In this document: in pieces, positions 30,569 through 42,442 of the stretch | Numbering within the stretch: the first letter of the stretch is position 1 | How the letters are laid out: each line of letters begins with the position of its first letter | Assembly (NCBI GenBank): GCA_963728405.1 | Contig: CAVSJV010000013.1 | Span: forward strand, 1 to 64,000 | Source: Methanomassiliicoccaceae archaeon | Lineage (GTDB): Archaea; Thermoplasmatota; Thermoplasmata; Methanomassiliicoccales; Methanomassiliicoccaceae | Direction of reading: 5' to 3' | Length of the DNA: 64,000 nt | Made by a program: the position numbers and the translations under genes | Notes under the pieces: generated by a model | Seen by the model: only the letters and a program-made list of their open reading frames with translations | The model's database searches: none | What the model was told of the DNA's origin: nothing

Positions 30569-30769
30569 ATGGTGGAGGCAGGAAAACGTCAGTGGACATG
30601 GTGGAAGGCCCGCGAACTGCGCATCAACCTAATCGCATCGTTGCTACTGGTGTTCCTGTTCCTGATGGGCATCGCTCTCAACAACGGCATCATGGTCGGT
30701 TCCAGCCTGCTGCTCCTGATCTTCTTCGGTACCTATAGTGCCTATGCTTATGTCCGCCGTCAACGCTGA
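30569..30769 (+). CDS. Small two-TM membrane protein
   Basis: Two hydrophobic helices. Confidence 0.6.
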   Translation: MVEAGKRQWTWWKARELRINLIASLLLVFLFLMGIALNNGIMVGSSLLLLIFFGTYSAYAYVRRQR

Positions 30770-31323
30770 TCTCCCCACCGAGGGACGGCGGTCAGGAACG
30801 GCCACCGGTCGGTGCGCTGCCACCGGAACAGGGCTAGGGTGAGCATCGAAGGAAATGCCGCGATGAGCAGAGGGACCAGGATGTACTCCGGTATCCCTAG
30901 TATATTGATGGAAAATTGTTCTGCGGTGATCATAGCAGGGTAGCGATGCTCGACGGCCACGCCATCAGCGCCCCTCGCCACGACCCCAGCAAAGCAATTG
31001 TATGTCCCAGGCACGATGTTGGGCATCCTAGTGGATGGACTGACGAACTCCTTCGATTCGCCGGGCGCCAGGACCGCCGAGCCTTCGAAGACCCGGTATA
31101 ATGTGGGCATGTTCTCCCACTCGATGGTCAGGGCGACCGATGTCACTTCCAGGGGCGCTGGTCCGGTGTTCGTCACCGTCACCGAGAGCTTTTCGCTGAA
31201 ATTGATGTGCACTGATGCCGTCCCCACCTCGGCCTCTCCGGCCCATTCGCCGCTCACAACGGGAAGCGCTGCCAACAGGGTGATCAGGATGATCAGCGCC
31301 GGGACCAGGCGGGAAGGGGACAT
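30760..31323 (-). CDS. Secreted Ig-like protein with C-terminal TM anchor
   Basis: Signal peptide, VTVTNTG..L..LAPGES, C-terminal hydrophobic helix. Confidence 0.7.
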   Translation of the reverse strand: MSPSRLVPALIILITLLAALPVVSGEWAGEAEVGTASVHINFSEKLSVTVTNTGPAPLEVTSVALTIEWENMPTLYRVFEGSAVLAPGESKEFVSPSTRMPNIVPGTYNCFAGVVARGADGVAVEHRYPAMITAEQFSINILGIPEYILVPLLIAAFPSMLTLALFRWQRTDRWPFLTAVPRWGDQR

Positions 31324-31588
31324 GGCATGTTCGAAAGCTGAACGGGCGGGTGATAAATCTTGTCACCTATCCCATCTTGAAAGAATTATATGTGCATGGA
31401 TATCGTCTCCACGTTCAGGGCCGTTTTCGGCGCCGAACGACTGGGCCCCTTTCATCGAGGCGATGGACTCCCACTGCGACTGGCTGAAAGATCAGTTCCC
31501 GATCAAGGATAAGCAGTTCGAGCCGTCCTTCGATCTCAAGGGATGTCCAGACCAAAACGATTTCTAATCCTAATCCGTTATTTCATCC

Positions 31589-32044
31589 GTGAAGGCCGCC
31601 GCCCGGGCGCAGACCAATCCGAACTTCATCAAGATGTTCCACGGACATCTGGAGATCAATGTGCCCCGTCGCATGTTCAAGGACGGCACCGCCGAGATGA
31701 TCCCCTCTGAGGTGGAGAACTTCCGTCACACCATCCAGTCCCGGTATCCCTGGCTGAGCCGGTTTGCCCTGGATGAGGTGGTCAAGGAGGCCCAAGAGGC
31801 CATGGCCGATCATATCGAACGATCGAAGACCGCCCCTCAGAGGGCGAGGGAGCAAATGGCCCGTGGCCGGACCAGGATAGCTCTACGCATTCTCGAAGAA
31901 CATCTGATCGATGAGCCGGAGGATGCCGAGGCCTGGTACGTTTCGGCGGAGCTGCTCTTCAAGCTAGACCGGAGCGAGGACGCCTTCAGGGCGATGAACC
32001 GGGCCAGGGAGCTGTCGAGAAAGGTCACCGTAAGAGGGCATTGA
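31589..32044 (+). CDS. Hypothetical protein with C-terminal TPR repeat
   Basis: EPEDAEAWY..LFKLDRSEDAF TPR-like pattern. Confidence 0.65.
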   Translation: MKAAARAQTNPNFIKMFHGHLEINVPRRMFKDGTAEMIPSEVENFRHTIQSRYPWLSRFALDEVVKEAQEAMADHIERSKTAPQRAREQMARGRTRIALRILEEHLIDEPEDAEAWYVSAELLFKLDRSEDAFRAMNRARELSRKVTVRGH

Positions 32045-32865
32045 TCGCGTCGGCCACCTCTTGAACGGTGGCGCCCCACGGCACGATGGCCAGGTCGCCC
32101 TTGATCTGGAACCCGTCCCTGATCTTGCAGCACTTGACCAGCCGTTTCCTGCCGTCCCGCGGAGCGAGCTCCTGGGGACACATGTCGATCCTCGGCACAT
32201 CGCGACGGTATAAGGAGCGATAGATCCGCTCGGAGAGGTCGCAGCCCACCAGGGTCACTTCCTTATCGATGGACGGCACCTGGTCCAGGTAGTATATGGG
32301 CCGGTCCGATCGGAGGCCCGAGGCCTGGCAGGGGAAGAGCACGCCCTCGGTGGTCACGCCTTCCGCCAAGTGGTTCAGGTCTATCTCCTGATAGGACGGT
32401 ACGACCGGAAGATCGACCATGCCCGACAGTCAGCGCCCGTTCAACCAGCACCGAGAGCTTGGAAGGGGACGGAGGAACGACGTCGAGCACCTGCAGCTCG
32501 AGCACCCCGCCCGGCTGAACGAACGAGATGTGGTTGAACAGTCCTTCCACCACTACGGTCTTGCCCAGATGTTGCATGGAGACCCGGGCCATGGCCGGGG
32601 AGTTCAGCACGTCGATGGAGTCATCGTGAACGAACACCGTGTCGGCGGGCAGCGCCAGCACCTCGTGGGCGATGATCCTGCGGAACAGCTCCTTGCCGTC
32701 CTCTTTGGTGACCTTGACCACGGCGAGCTCATCCCCATTTCTCAGGACATAATGGTCGCATCGCGTGTAGGCCTTCTTTCCCCTGATCTCCCTATCGATG
32801 TCTGACTTAGTGAGGGGGAAACCTACCTCCTTGACCGCCACGTCCTTGCAGTGTCCGGGGAGCAT
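32025..32865 (-). CDS. Hypothetical Cys-rich protein (frameshift near 32425)
   Basis: ORFs 32263-32865 and 32025-32420 join; FPC, VGC, MCP, KCC motifs. Confidence 0.65.
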
Positions 32866-33187
32866 CGACGCTTACACCAGATGGCGCGTTATAAAGATTG
32901 CTGAATGCCCTCTCTCCATAATATTGGAATGGTAAAAAAAGTAAACCCATATATATGGGTACCTGAATTATCCACCGACGCCGGGATGACAGAGCGGCCA
33001 TGTGGCGGACTGCAGCCTACCAAGGCTAGCAAGCCGATGGCAGATATCCGCATACTCGAGTTCAAATCTCGATCCCGGCCCCATTTTCCAATCTTCCTGC
33101 TTGACCTCTGATCTCTTGTAAGTTCCTTTAACGATTGTTGCAGAACTTAATTATGTACCCTGCTGAATTCAGTTAAAAGGTGCTAGC

Positions 33188-34102
33188 TTGCTGTACAACA
33201 ACATTCTCGAGGCCATCGGCCATACTCCGCTCGTCAAGCTGAACAAGGTGGTGCCCAAGGGCCACGCTGAGGTCTACGCCAAGATCGAGTCCTTCAACCC
33301 CATGCACTCGATCAAGGACCGAATTGCGCTCTCCATGATCGAGGACGCGGAGCGGAAAGGCTACTTGACCAAGGACAAGTACGTAGTGGAACCCTCCTCT
33401 GGCAATACGGGCATTGGGCTGTCCATGGTCTGCGCGGCCAAGGGATATCGCCTCATCATCACCATGCCTGAGACCTTCAGCATCGAGCGCCGGAGGTTGT
33501 TGCAGGCCATGGGGGCCGAGCTGGTCCTCACGCCAGGTCCGGCCGGGATGTCCGGAGCGATCGCCAAGGCCTCTGAGATCGTGGCCTCGGACCCCCAGGC
33601 GTTCATGCCCCAGCAGTTCGAGAACCCCGCCAATCCTCAGGCCCATTATGAGCGGACGGCCCGGGAGATCCTGGCCGATCTGCCACACTTCGACGCGTTC
33701 GTCTCCGCGGTGGGGACCGGCGGAACGGTCACCGGAGTGGGCCGAGCGCTGAAGGAGGCGAACTGCGATGCCAAGATCGTGGCGGTGGAGCCGTCGGCCT
33801 CGCCGGTGCTATCGGGTGGGAAAAGAGGGCCTCATGGCATCCAAGGGATCGGAGCGGGATTCATCCCCAAGGTCTGCCGGACCGCGCTGTTCGATCGTAT
33901 ACTACAGGTCGATGACATCGAGGCCGTCCGGCACACTCGAGAGCTTGCCAAGAGGGAAGGGATATTCTGCGGGATATCCTCGGGTGCGGCCTTGTGCGGG
34001 GCGCTGGAGGTAGCTAGGGACCTCGAGCCGGACAACCGGGTCGTGGTCATCTTCGCCGACACTGGAGAAAGATATTTGAGTACCGATCTGTTCCTGGCCT
34101 GA
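33188..34102 (+). CDS. cysK: Cysteine synthase A
   Basis: NPMHSIKDR, EPSSGNTG, QQFENPAN, GTGGT, IQGIGAG. Confidence 0.95.
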   Translation: MLYNNILEAIGHTPLVKLNKVVPKGHAEVYAKIESFNPMHSIKDRIALSMIEDAERKGYLTKDKYVVEPSSGNTGIGLSMVCAAKGYRLIITMPETFSIERRRLLQAMGAELVLTPGPAGMSGAIAKASEIVASDPQAFMPQQFENPANPQAHYERTAREILADLPHFDAFVSAVGTGGTVTGVGRALKEANCDAKIVAVEPSASPVLSGGKRGPHGIQGIGAGFIPKVCRTALFDRILQVDDIEAVRHTRELAKREGIFCGISSGAALCGALEVARDLEPDNRVVVIFADTGERYLSTDLFLA

Positions 34103-34315
34103 CCGGCCGGGGCATCTCGCTGGACGACCGCGTCCAGAAACAGCTTCTCTCTCTTTCTCTTGACGACCTCACGGAACGCGCAGGCAAGGCGCATTATGAA
34201 AGAGATCTAGCGACAGCCCAGTAGGAGGGGTGTTAGGTGGACTCCCTCACCCGCGATTTTCTCATAATCACTCTTATCGACATGGCGATCATCGCTGGCA
34301 TCGGCCTGATCTGCA

Positions 34316-34717
34316 CTACCAGGCCTTGAGATCGTGATTGTACGCAGCGGCGAAGGCCGAACGCAATGCCAGCAGGAAGCCCCCTCTGGGCAAATTCTTG
34401 TACACGGCCCGGACGTTCCGTTCCGATTTCAGCAGCTCGGTAAGGCCCAGCGATGGCGGTTTCGAGGTGACGAACACGAATGGCATCTTGGGGACCCGGT
34501 CGCGGACCGATCGGAACATCAACAGCCCGCCACACGGGTGGAGGTCGAACTCGCAGGCGACCAAATCGGCGGCGCCGGTCTCGACCAGGCGGAGAGCTTC
34601 ATCTGGATCGTTGGTCACGATCAACTTCATCGTGCTCAAACCGGAAAAATAATGGCCCACTAGATCGAGCATTGTATTTGAATCGTCAATGTAAAGAGGT
34701 TTCTTGCATCGTGCCAT
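34316..34717 (-). CDS. Atypical stand-alone receiver domain
   Basis: LYIDD, DLVACE (Glu at the phospho-Asp position), FVFVT. Confidence 0.7.
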   Translation of the reverse strand: MARCKKPLYIDDSNTMLDLVGHYFSGLSTMKLIVTNDPDEALRLVETGAADLVACEFDLHPCGGLLMFRSVRDRVPKMPFVFVTSKPPSLGLTELLKSERNVRAVYKNLPRGGFLLALRSAFAAAYNHDLKAW

Positions 34718-34855
34718 GATTTTCAGGCGATATTATTCTTAATGAAGAAATTATCTCGTTCGAATAACGTCGTATCGATGCACTTGCCGCTGTGAGCGCG
34801 CCTAGCGGCAGTTCGTCATATCAGGGGCGGAAGTTCATGTCGTCTTTATTATCTT

Positions 34856-35296
34856 CTAACCTTGCTGAGGGCTCTCCTCGGCCGTCTTGACCACACTTAT
34901 GCCGAACGAACGGATCTTCGTGACCGCGATCCCGAGGTTCTCCATGCCGATCGGCTTCTCCACGTATGAATCAGCGCCCGGCGCCATTCTCATGACCTGA
35001 TCGCCGCCGAGCGAGCCGCTGACGATGATCACTCTAACCCCGTCGAGCTCGGGGTTCGAACGAACCTCCCGTAGCACGTCCGCCCCGGTCTTCAGGGGCA
35101 TGAACAGATCAATGAGGACCAAATCCGGCTTGTCCCTTAGAATGATGGCCATGGCCTCCTCCCCGTTCCTGGCCCAGGTTATCTTGTTCATCAGGTGGAT
35201 GTCCCTGAAGAACTCCTTGAACAGATCAATATCGCCGGGGTTATCCTCGACGATAAGAATGTCAACCGGCTGTACCTTCATAGCCCCTCCCGCCAC
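34856..35296 (-). CDS. Stand-alone response regulator receiver
   Basis: ILIVEDN, PDLVLIDLFMP, VSGS, YVEKP. Confidence 0.9.
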   Translation of the reverse strand: MAGGAMKVQPVDILIVEDNPGDIDLFKEFFRDIHLMNKITWARNGEEAMAIILRDKPDLVLIDLFMPLKTGADVLREVRSNPELDGVRVIIVSGSLGGDQVMRMAPGADSYVEKPIGMENLGIAVTKIRSFGISVVKTAEESPQQG

Positions 35297-35534
35297 AGAA
35301 CATAATAATCGATGTATTGTTATTAAAAGGCTAGGGGCGTTTGTCAGGACCCAGTGTCACGCTAACAGTGAACACGGTCCGCTCAATTCCGCTTAAAGCG
35401 TCTCGAGTGTTTTCCGGATCTCCGCGAGATGCTCGGCCACCGCGCCCCCCCGGGTAGGTTCGATGTTCTTAGAATGCCGACCGCTGCCGCGCGTTTTATA
35501 TTCTTGACGATCAGGTTTTATCGCGCTGGGAACT

Positions 35535-35804
35535 ATGAAGACGTGTACTGGGTGCGAAAGATTATATGCTGACACTATCGAACGCTGCGCCCAGTGCGGG
35601 GGCGAGCTGCAACGTAGGACCATATCCGATGCCATCAACGATCTGTTCGTTCAAGGGGAGGCAGAGAGCACGGCGTCGAAGCTGTCGTGCCCCAAGTGCG
35701 GTGGGAAGGTCACCCCGCGGGGGCCGCAGACCGCGTGCTCGAGCTGCGGCGTCGTGATCCCTCGAGAGAAGGGCGAGGGCCAACTGGTGTTGGTCCGATC
35801 CTGA
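35535..35804 (+). CDS. Small double Zn-ribbon protein
   Basis: Four CxxC motifs. Confidence 0.6.
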   Translation: MKTCTGCERLYADTIERCAQCGGELQRRTISDAINDLFVQGEAESTASKLSCPKCGGKVTPRGPQTACSSCGVVIPREKGEGQLVLVRS

Positions 35805-36330
35805 GCCCCCTGGTACGCTCCCATATACTTTGCCATACGAGGGAGTTACCTGCCTTTTTCCCCATCCTGAGGCCGCTCCCCGATCGCCCCGAGATGCTCC
35901 GCCACTAATGAGAAGGCACCTGGAAGCCCGCGGGCTTGCCCGGAGGAACCGAGATACCACACGCCGACCGATCGTCCGGGAGGTGTACTACGTAGGCAAG
36001 CCTTATCTGGCCCCGCTCCGGGACGAGCACTACGCGCCGATCGTGCAGCAGCTGTCGAAGGCGGTCGGTGTGGGGGTTCACCATGCACGGATCTGCAGCG
36101 TACCCTCGGTAATCGCCCATGGTGCCGGGGGAAGCCCTTGGAGACGATCGCCAAGATCCTGCGGCACGAATCTCCGGAGTGACGCTCAGAGCGTACATAG
36201 GGGTGGATTCGGACGACAGGCGGGATGCTCTCGACGACCCGTGCGGGGCGCCAATTCACTTCCCCTCGCAGTCGAGCCAGTCTTCAAATACGGGCGAAAG
36301 ATATTTGTCCGCTGACCTCTTCACACAGGA

Positions 36331-36984
36331 ATGGCCATGAGCTGGAAGGATGACGTGTATACGGTCCTGGAACGGGATCCCGCGCCCAAATCGTTCTCCG
36401 AGGCGCTTATGTTCAGTCCGGGCCTTCACGCCATCCTTCTCCATCGGGTCTCTCACCGGCTCTACGCCACGGGCCAGTACAAGATGGCCCGACTCATCAA
36501 CTACTGGGGCCGGGTTCTGACCGGGGCGGACGTCCATCCCGGCGCAACTGTGGGAAAAGGTTTCTTCATCGATCATGCCACTGGGGTGGTCATAGGGGAA
36601 ACGTCGATCATCGGCGACAATGTCTCCATCTTTCAAGGCGTTACTCTAGGCGGTGTTTCCACCTCCAAGGAGAAGAGGCACCCCACCATTGGCAACCATG
36701 TTACCATAGGCGCTCACGCCACCGTGCTCGGTGACATACTTATCGGAGATCATTCCAAGATCGGTGCTGGGTCGGTGGTGGTGAAGGACGTTCCTCCCAA
36801 CAGTACGGTGGTGGGCATTCCGGGCAAAGTGGTCAAGCGCAACGGAGAGCGGGAAAAGCGGCCGGACCTCCGCCATGAGAGCCTTCCCGACCCCTTGGTC
36901 GAGGCGCTTTCCGACATAATCACTCACTTGGACGTGCTCGACAAGAAGGTCAGTGCGCTTGAAGAAAAGCTAAAGAAGAGCTAA
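36331..36984 (+). CDS. cysE: Serine O-acetyltransferase
   Basis: ERDPA, HPGA..FFIDH, QGVTLGG, KRHPT. Confidence 0.95.
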   Translation: MAMSWKDDVYTVLERDPAPKSFSEALMFSPGLHAILLHRVSHRLYATGQYKMARLINYWGRVLTGADVHPGATVGKGFFIDHATGVVIGETSIIGDNVSIFQGVTLGGVSTSKEKRHPTIGNHVTIGAHATVLGDILIGDHSKIGAGSVVVKDVPPNSTVVGIPGKVVKRNGEREKRPDLRHESLPDPLVEALSDIITHLDVLDKKVSALEEKLKKS

Positions 36985-37003
36985 TTAATCCCCCACGTAC
37001 ATT

Positions 37004-38428
37004 ATGGGGGAGAGGGGAAAAGTGGCTCTTAGAATTTTCAACACCCTGACCAAGCGCGAAGAGGAGTTCAAGCCCATCGAAGAAAAAAAGGTCAAGATGT
37101 ACGTTTGCGGCGTCACCGTCTATGACGACATCCACATGGGCCACGCCCGTTCCATCATCGTCTTCGATATGATCGCCCGCTACCTGCGGTACCGCGGCTA
37201 TAGCGTGACACATCTGACCAACTTCACCGACGTGGACGATAAGATCATCAACCGCGCGGCAGAGAAGGGAATGGACCCGCTAGCCCTCTCCCAGATGTAC
37301 ATCGAACAATACTTCCACGATGTGGACCTGCTGGGGGTCTCCCGGGCCGACGCCTATCCCAAGGCGTCGGAGAACATCGAAGAGATCATCACCATGACCC
37401 AGAAGATCATCGATCATGGTTATGGGTACAGGAGCGAGGACGGCAGCGTGTATTTCTCGGTGGAGAAGGTGAAGAATTATGGTCGGCTCACCGGTCAGAA
37501 GCTCGAGGACATGCAGGCTGGCGCACGGGTCGAGGTGAACGAGCTCAAGCGGAACCCTTATGACTTCGCTCTGTGGAAGGCGGCCAAGCCGGGGGAGATC
37601 GCCTGGGACTCGCCATGGGGCAAGGGCCGCCCTGGCTGGCACATCGAGTGCTCGGCCATGTGCACCGAGTATCTGGGGGAGACGATCGATATCCACGGAG
37701 GCGGGAACGACCTCATCTTCCCTCACCATGAGAATGAGATATTGCAGTCGGAAGCGGCTAACTGCAAACCTCTGGCCAATTATTGGGTGCATAATGGTAT
37801 GCTGCAGGTGCAAGATGCCAAGATGTCCAAGTCCCTCAAGAACTTCTTCGCGGTGAAGGATGTCCTCGCGAAATATGCCAAGGAGGAGATCCGGTTCTAC
37901 ATCCTATCAGCCCATTACCGCGGACCTCAGGTGTACTCGGAGGCCGCTCTGGACGAGGCGGCGGCCAGCCTGAAGCGTTTCCATAACACCTACGATGAGC
38001 TTCGCTCGTCCCGAGACAAGGTCAAGGGGACCGATGACGCGGCCGAGCTGGTGGATGGCTTCAGGAAGAAGTTCATCGATGCCATGGACCAGGACTTCAA
38101 CACCCGGGCCGCCATCTCCGAGATCTTCGATCTGGTGAGAGAGGTGAACAAGCGGCTCGCCGAGGGCAAGCTCAGCACCGGTGGGGTGGACGCGGTCCTA
38201 TTCGCCCTGGGAGAGATGGACGCGGTGTTCGGCATCCTGCCCACTTCCCGAAAGGATGCGGGGGACCGCTCTGGTGAGATCATCGATATCCTTATCGAGG
38301 TCAGGAACGAGCTGCGAAAGCGGAAGCAGTATGATCTGGCCGACAAGATCAGGGACCAGCTAAGGGAGAAGGGAGTGGAGCTCCAGGACACCGCGGAGGG
38401 CGTCAAGTGGAAAAGGACCGCCGGCTGA
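37004..38428 (+). CDS. cysS: Cysteine--tRNA ligase
   Basis: [29 protein letters not shown]. Confidence 0.97.
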   Translation: MGERGKVALRIFNTLTKREEEFKPIEEKKVKMYVCGVTVYDDIHMGHARSIIVFDMIARYLRYRGYSVTHLTNFTDVDDKIINRAAEKGMDPLALSQMYIEQYFHDVDLLGVSRADAYPKASENIEEIITMTQKIIDHGYGYRSEDGSVYFSVEKVKNYGRLTGQKLEDMQAGARVEVNELKRNPYDFALWKAAKPGEIAWDSPWGKGRPGWHIECSAMCTEYLGETIDIHGGGNDLIFPHHENEILQSEAANCKPLANYWVHNGMLQVQDAKMSKSLKNFFAVKDVLAKYAKEEIRFYILSAHYRGPQVYSEAALDEAAASLKRFHNTYDELRSSRDKVKGTDDAAELVDGFRKKFIDAMDQDFNTRAAISEIFDLVREVNKRLAEGKLSTGGVDAVLFALGEMDAVFGILPTSRKDAGDRSGEIIDILIEVRNELRKRKQYDLADKIRDQLREKGVELQDTAEGVKWKRTAG

Positions 38429-39445
38429 CCGCGGAGAAGAAGGCGATATTGCTGTCAGGCGGGCCGCTGAAGGTGCCGCGTGATTTCCGGCCGCCTTTCC
38501 CGGTGTCCCGCTCCACGGCCGGCCCCGGGGCCGGCTCGACCGGCATAGTGTTGGCGTTCGGCCATACTCGGGTCAAGAAGGCCCTATCGACCGAGCAGGG
38601 AGAGTTCGAGCTCGTCGGCAGCGGTCCGCAGTACGCCATCCTCCGCAATGGCGACCCTTTCCTGGACGGACGTGGAGATAAAGCCGACCCTGGCCCACGC
38701 ACCGGAGCAGGCGTTCTATAACCTGGATACGGAGTGCATCTACAACTGCAAGTTCTGCACCTCCCCTCGTCTGGACAAGAAGATCACCAAGGGGCTGGAC
38801 CCCGACAAGGTCGTACATCTCATCCTCAAGGCATCGGAGCGGCCGGACATGAGGGCGGTGGCCCTCACCTCGGCGGTGGTCAAGGACCCCCAGAGCACCG
38901 TTGACAAACTGGCCTACGTCGTTTCAAAGGTCCGGGAGAAGCTCCCCTCGATCCCCATCGGCGTGGAGCCCTATATCGACTCCCTTGATCAGGTCGATCA
39001 ACTTAAGAGGGCCGGGGCAGACGAGATCAAGCTCAACATCGAGACCTACGACCGCGACATATTCCGGAAGGTCTGCGGGGAGCAAGACTTCGATTGGATC
39101 ATAGCGGTCATCGAGCACGCCGGAAAAGTGTTCGGCCGGGGCAAGGTCACGTCAAACATAATCGTGGGGATGGGGGAGAGCGACCGGAACGTCGTCGATG
39201 GGGTGGAAGCCCTTGCCCGGCTGGGGTGTGTGGCTACCCTCCGACCGTTACGCCTGAACGATCTTAACAGGGGTCCTATGACCGCGGCGCTAGGGGAACT
39301 GGAGACCCTGACCCCGGAGCGCCTGCTACGTCTTGCCAAAGAGCAGAAAACCATCCTCGAGCGGCACGGGCTCACGTCGTTAACATTGCATACCATGTGC
39401 CACGAGTGCAAGTGTTGCGACCTCGTCCCGTTCCGAGATCTTTGA
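38407..39445 (+). CDS. Radical SAM protein of unknown function (frameshift near 38668)
   Basis: CIYNCKFC; C-terminal CHECKCC; overlaps the cysS stop. Confidence 0.85.
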
Positions 39446-39460
39446 CCCTTCGCGAATACT

Positions 39461-39476
39461 TTTAGGGATACCGAAA
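39461..39476. promoter_or_regulatory. Putative DtxR/MntR operator
   Basis: Imperfect palindrome TTTAGG-gata-CCGAAA directly upstream of the DtxR-family gene. Confidence 0.6.
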
Positions 39477-39509
39477 TAAATTAATAACGATCCCGCATAC
39501 CAGCCGCTG

Positions 39510-40172
39510 ATGGTCAGCGAGAACGCCGAGGACTATCTTGCCTCGATCTACGTCCTTTCCCTTGATGGAAGGGCGGTAAAAACCAATGAGATAGCCGCAA
39601 AGCTCGGACTGACCCCGGCCAGCGTCACCGAGATGACCCAGAAGCTTGCCGCGGACGGCTACCTGAACTATGAGAAATACAAGGGCGTGACCTTGACCCC
39701 CAAGGGCCGGAAGCTAGCAGAACGGATCAAGCGCCGCCACCGCCTGCTGGAGCGGTTCCTGGTCGATGTCCTGGGCATGAAGCGTGAGCAGAGCCACGAG
39801 GAGGCGATGAAGCTCGAGCACACCGTTTCGGATGAATCAGTGGAGCGTCTCAACCAGATATTGAACTACCCAACAGTGTGCCCGGACGGGGACCCCATTC
39901 CGCCGGGCGACTCTCCCCTGGACCCGGACCCTTCGTTATCCATCTCCCTCGTCGAGATGAAAGAGGGGGAAAGAGGGCAGATCACCCATCTCACCTGTGA
40001 TGATTCGTCCAAGATCAAGCGTCTCATCTCCATGGGATTCGTTCCCGGCCGCAATGTCGTGCTCGAGGAGCGGGTGCCTATGGGCGGTCCCCTCCTCGTA
40101 CAGATCGAGGAGATGCGGGTAGCCTTGGCTCGCGATTACGCATCGCTGGTCAGGGTCCGAAGGTGTACTTGA
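39510..40172 (+). CDS. DtxR/MntR metal-dependent repressor with C-terminal FeoA domain
   Basis: EDYL..IY, ASVTEM, RRHRLLERFL, LEH, CPDG, FeoA-like C-terminus. Confidence 0.93.
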   Translation: MVSENAEDYLASIYVLSLDGRAVKTNEIAAKLGLTPASVTEMTQKLAADGYLNYEKYKGVTLTPKGRKLAERIKRRHRLLERFLVDVLGMKREQSHEEAMKLEHTVSDESVERLNQILNYPTVCPDGDPIPPGDSPLDPDPSLSISLVEMKEGERGQITHLTCDDSSKIKRLISMGFVPGRNVVLEERVPMGGPLLVQIEEMRVALARDYASLVRVRRCT

Positions 40173-42095
40173 TGAAGGTCGTTCTGGCCGGTAACCTTAA
40201 TGTCGGCAAGTCGGTCCTTTTCTCCAGGATCACCGGCATCGGGGTGATCTCCGCCAACTATCCCGGGACCACCGTCCAGTTCGAGGAGGCCGGGGTCATT
40301 GTGCGGGGGCAGAGGATCGAGGTGTTCGATCTACCCGGCATATATTCCCTGGCCGGGGTCACTGAGGACGAGTTGGTGGCCACACGATTGCTGGCTGAGA
40401 AATCTCCTGATTATGTCATTGCAGTGGTCGATGCGACCAGGTTGGAACAGGGCCTGGTACTGGTGCTCCAGCTCATTGAGCTCGGATACCGCGTGATCCT
40501 GGCGTTGAACTTCATGGACCAGGCCCGGAAAAGGTACGCCATCGACGTCGAGAAACTATCGACCATCCTCAAGGTACCGGTCGTTCCGACCATCGCCACC
40601 ACCGGGGAAGGCGTGGACCGGTTGATGGAGCTGGTGGTGTCCGAGACGGTCCGGCGGTCCAACTATGTCACCAGGTACGACAGCCATATCGAGGCCTTCC
40701 TCGAGGACATCGCCCAAGGTTCTATCAGCACCGGCTCAGGCTTCCCTATCCGAGGGGCCTCTATTAAGCTCCTGGAAAACAATCGTTTCTTTACCGGGCA
40801 GTTCTCGGCCAGCGTCAAGGAGCTCGCCGACGAGTATCGTCGTGAGTTCAGGGAGCAGCATTACGAGGATGTGGAGGTGCACATCTCCCGGGACCGCTAC
40901 GGCGAGGCAGGCAAGGTAGCCTCAGATGTCATAGGTAAGCTCGAAAGGAGGGAGATGACCCTGGGGGACCGGGTATCGGAGATCACGCTCCGCCCCCGCA
41001 CCGGCATACCCATCCTGTTCGCCGTCCTTTTTGGAATATTCCTCTCCGTGGTGGTGATCGGCGGGCTTCTTGAGACCCTCCTTCACGACGCGTACATCGC
41101 GATCATAGGGAACGCCTTTGACCAGTTGGCGGTGCTGATAGGGGGAACGCTGGGCGGGGCCATCGCCGAGGGAGTGAACCTCTCCATCCAGGCAATAATC
41201 TCGATAGTCATCCCCTACATCCTGGTCTTCTACCTCATCTTAGGCTTCCTAGAGGATTCTGGGTATCTGCCGCGGGTGGTCATGTTGCTCGATGGGCTGA
41301 TGGTCAAGCTCGGACTGCACGGCCGGGCCATCATACCCATTGTAGTGGGTACCGGCTGCAACGTCCCCGCGATACTGGCGACCAGAACACTGGAATCTAA
41401 GAGGGAGCGATTGATCCTGGCCACCGTCATTGTAATGGCAGTGCCCTGCTCGGCCCAGACGGTCATCATCATCGGCACGGTCGGGCAGCATTCGGGCATC
41501 CTATGGGCTGCGCTCATCTATCTCATCTTGCTGGCCCTGGCCCTTATCCTCGGCCGTGTCCTCCACATCGTGCTTCGGCAGGAGCCGTCCAGTCTGGCCA
41601 TAGAGATACCGGATCTCTCGATGCCATCCATCCGGAACTGTGCTGTCTAAGACCTGGCTCCGGGTGAAGGATTTCTTCGTCATCGCTTTCCCATTGCTGC
41701 TGGTGGGCAGCCTCGTGCTGGAGCTGCTGATGAAGTATAATGTGTTGGGTTCCCTGGTCGCTCCCTTGTCACCGATCACGGTCGGCCTTTTGGGCCTTCC
41801 GCCAGTCATCATCGTGGCCCTGATCTTCGGAGTGCTGAGGAAGGAAATGGCCCTGCAGATACTGTTCGTCATCTTCTCTCTGACCACCGGAGCTGAGCTC
41901 GGCCAAGCCCTCACTGACCAGCAGCTGTTCGTCTTCGCCCTGGTCATGGCGACCTACATGCCTTGTATTGGGGTCCTTGCCGTACTGATCAAGGAGTTCA
42001 GCCTCAAGGATGCGGTGGCCATCTCAGTGGCGTCCATCGTCCTGGCGTTCCTCCTTGGGGGAGCGGCCAATTTCCTGTTCAATCTGGCGGGCTGA
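40163..42095 (+). CDS. feoB: Ferrous iron transporter B (frameshift near 41640)
   Basis: GNLNVGKS, NYPGTTV, DLPGIYS, NFMD, LEDSGY, GCNVP, PCSA, YMPC. Confidence 0.93.
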
Positions 42096-42442
42096 GCGGA
42101 CCCAACGGTCTTGACGGTGGTTGAACGAATCCATTCTAATCAATTCCGCATCCACAATTTGTTCCAGATGCGATAAGCACGGTCATGCATATTGGGTGCT
42201 CCCGCCGGGATTTGAGCATCATCGGAAGTCCCTCGCTAGCTATACAGAGAAAATGCTCACACCCGCACAAACTATTGGATGGTAATCTCGAAAAGCCCAT
42301 TGTCTCAGTTTCCCCACCTAAAGATAAGCATGACCCAAACTATCCATTTGCGTGGTGGAGGGAATGCCATGTCGTCCGGCCTTGCATAAGCCAAATATAC
42401 CATCCTGTTCCCAGTGCTCCTACTGAACGGTGAGGTTAGGAT

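Noticed and set aside
35400-35465. Minus-strand GGCGCGGTGGCCGAG resembling a tRNA 5' end
   Set aside because: No anticodon arm, T-loop or acceptor-stem partner
42100-42440. ORF 42185-42433
   Set aside because: Atypical composition and no motif; probably the hemerythrin promoter region
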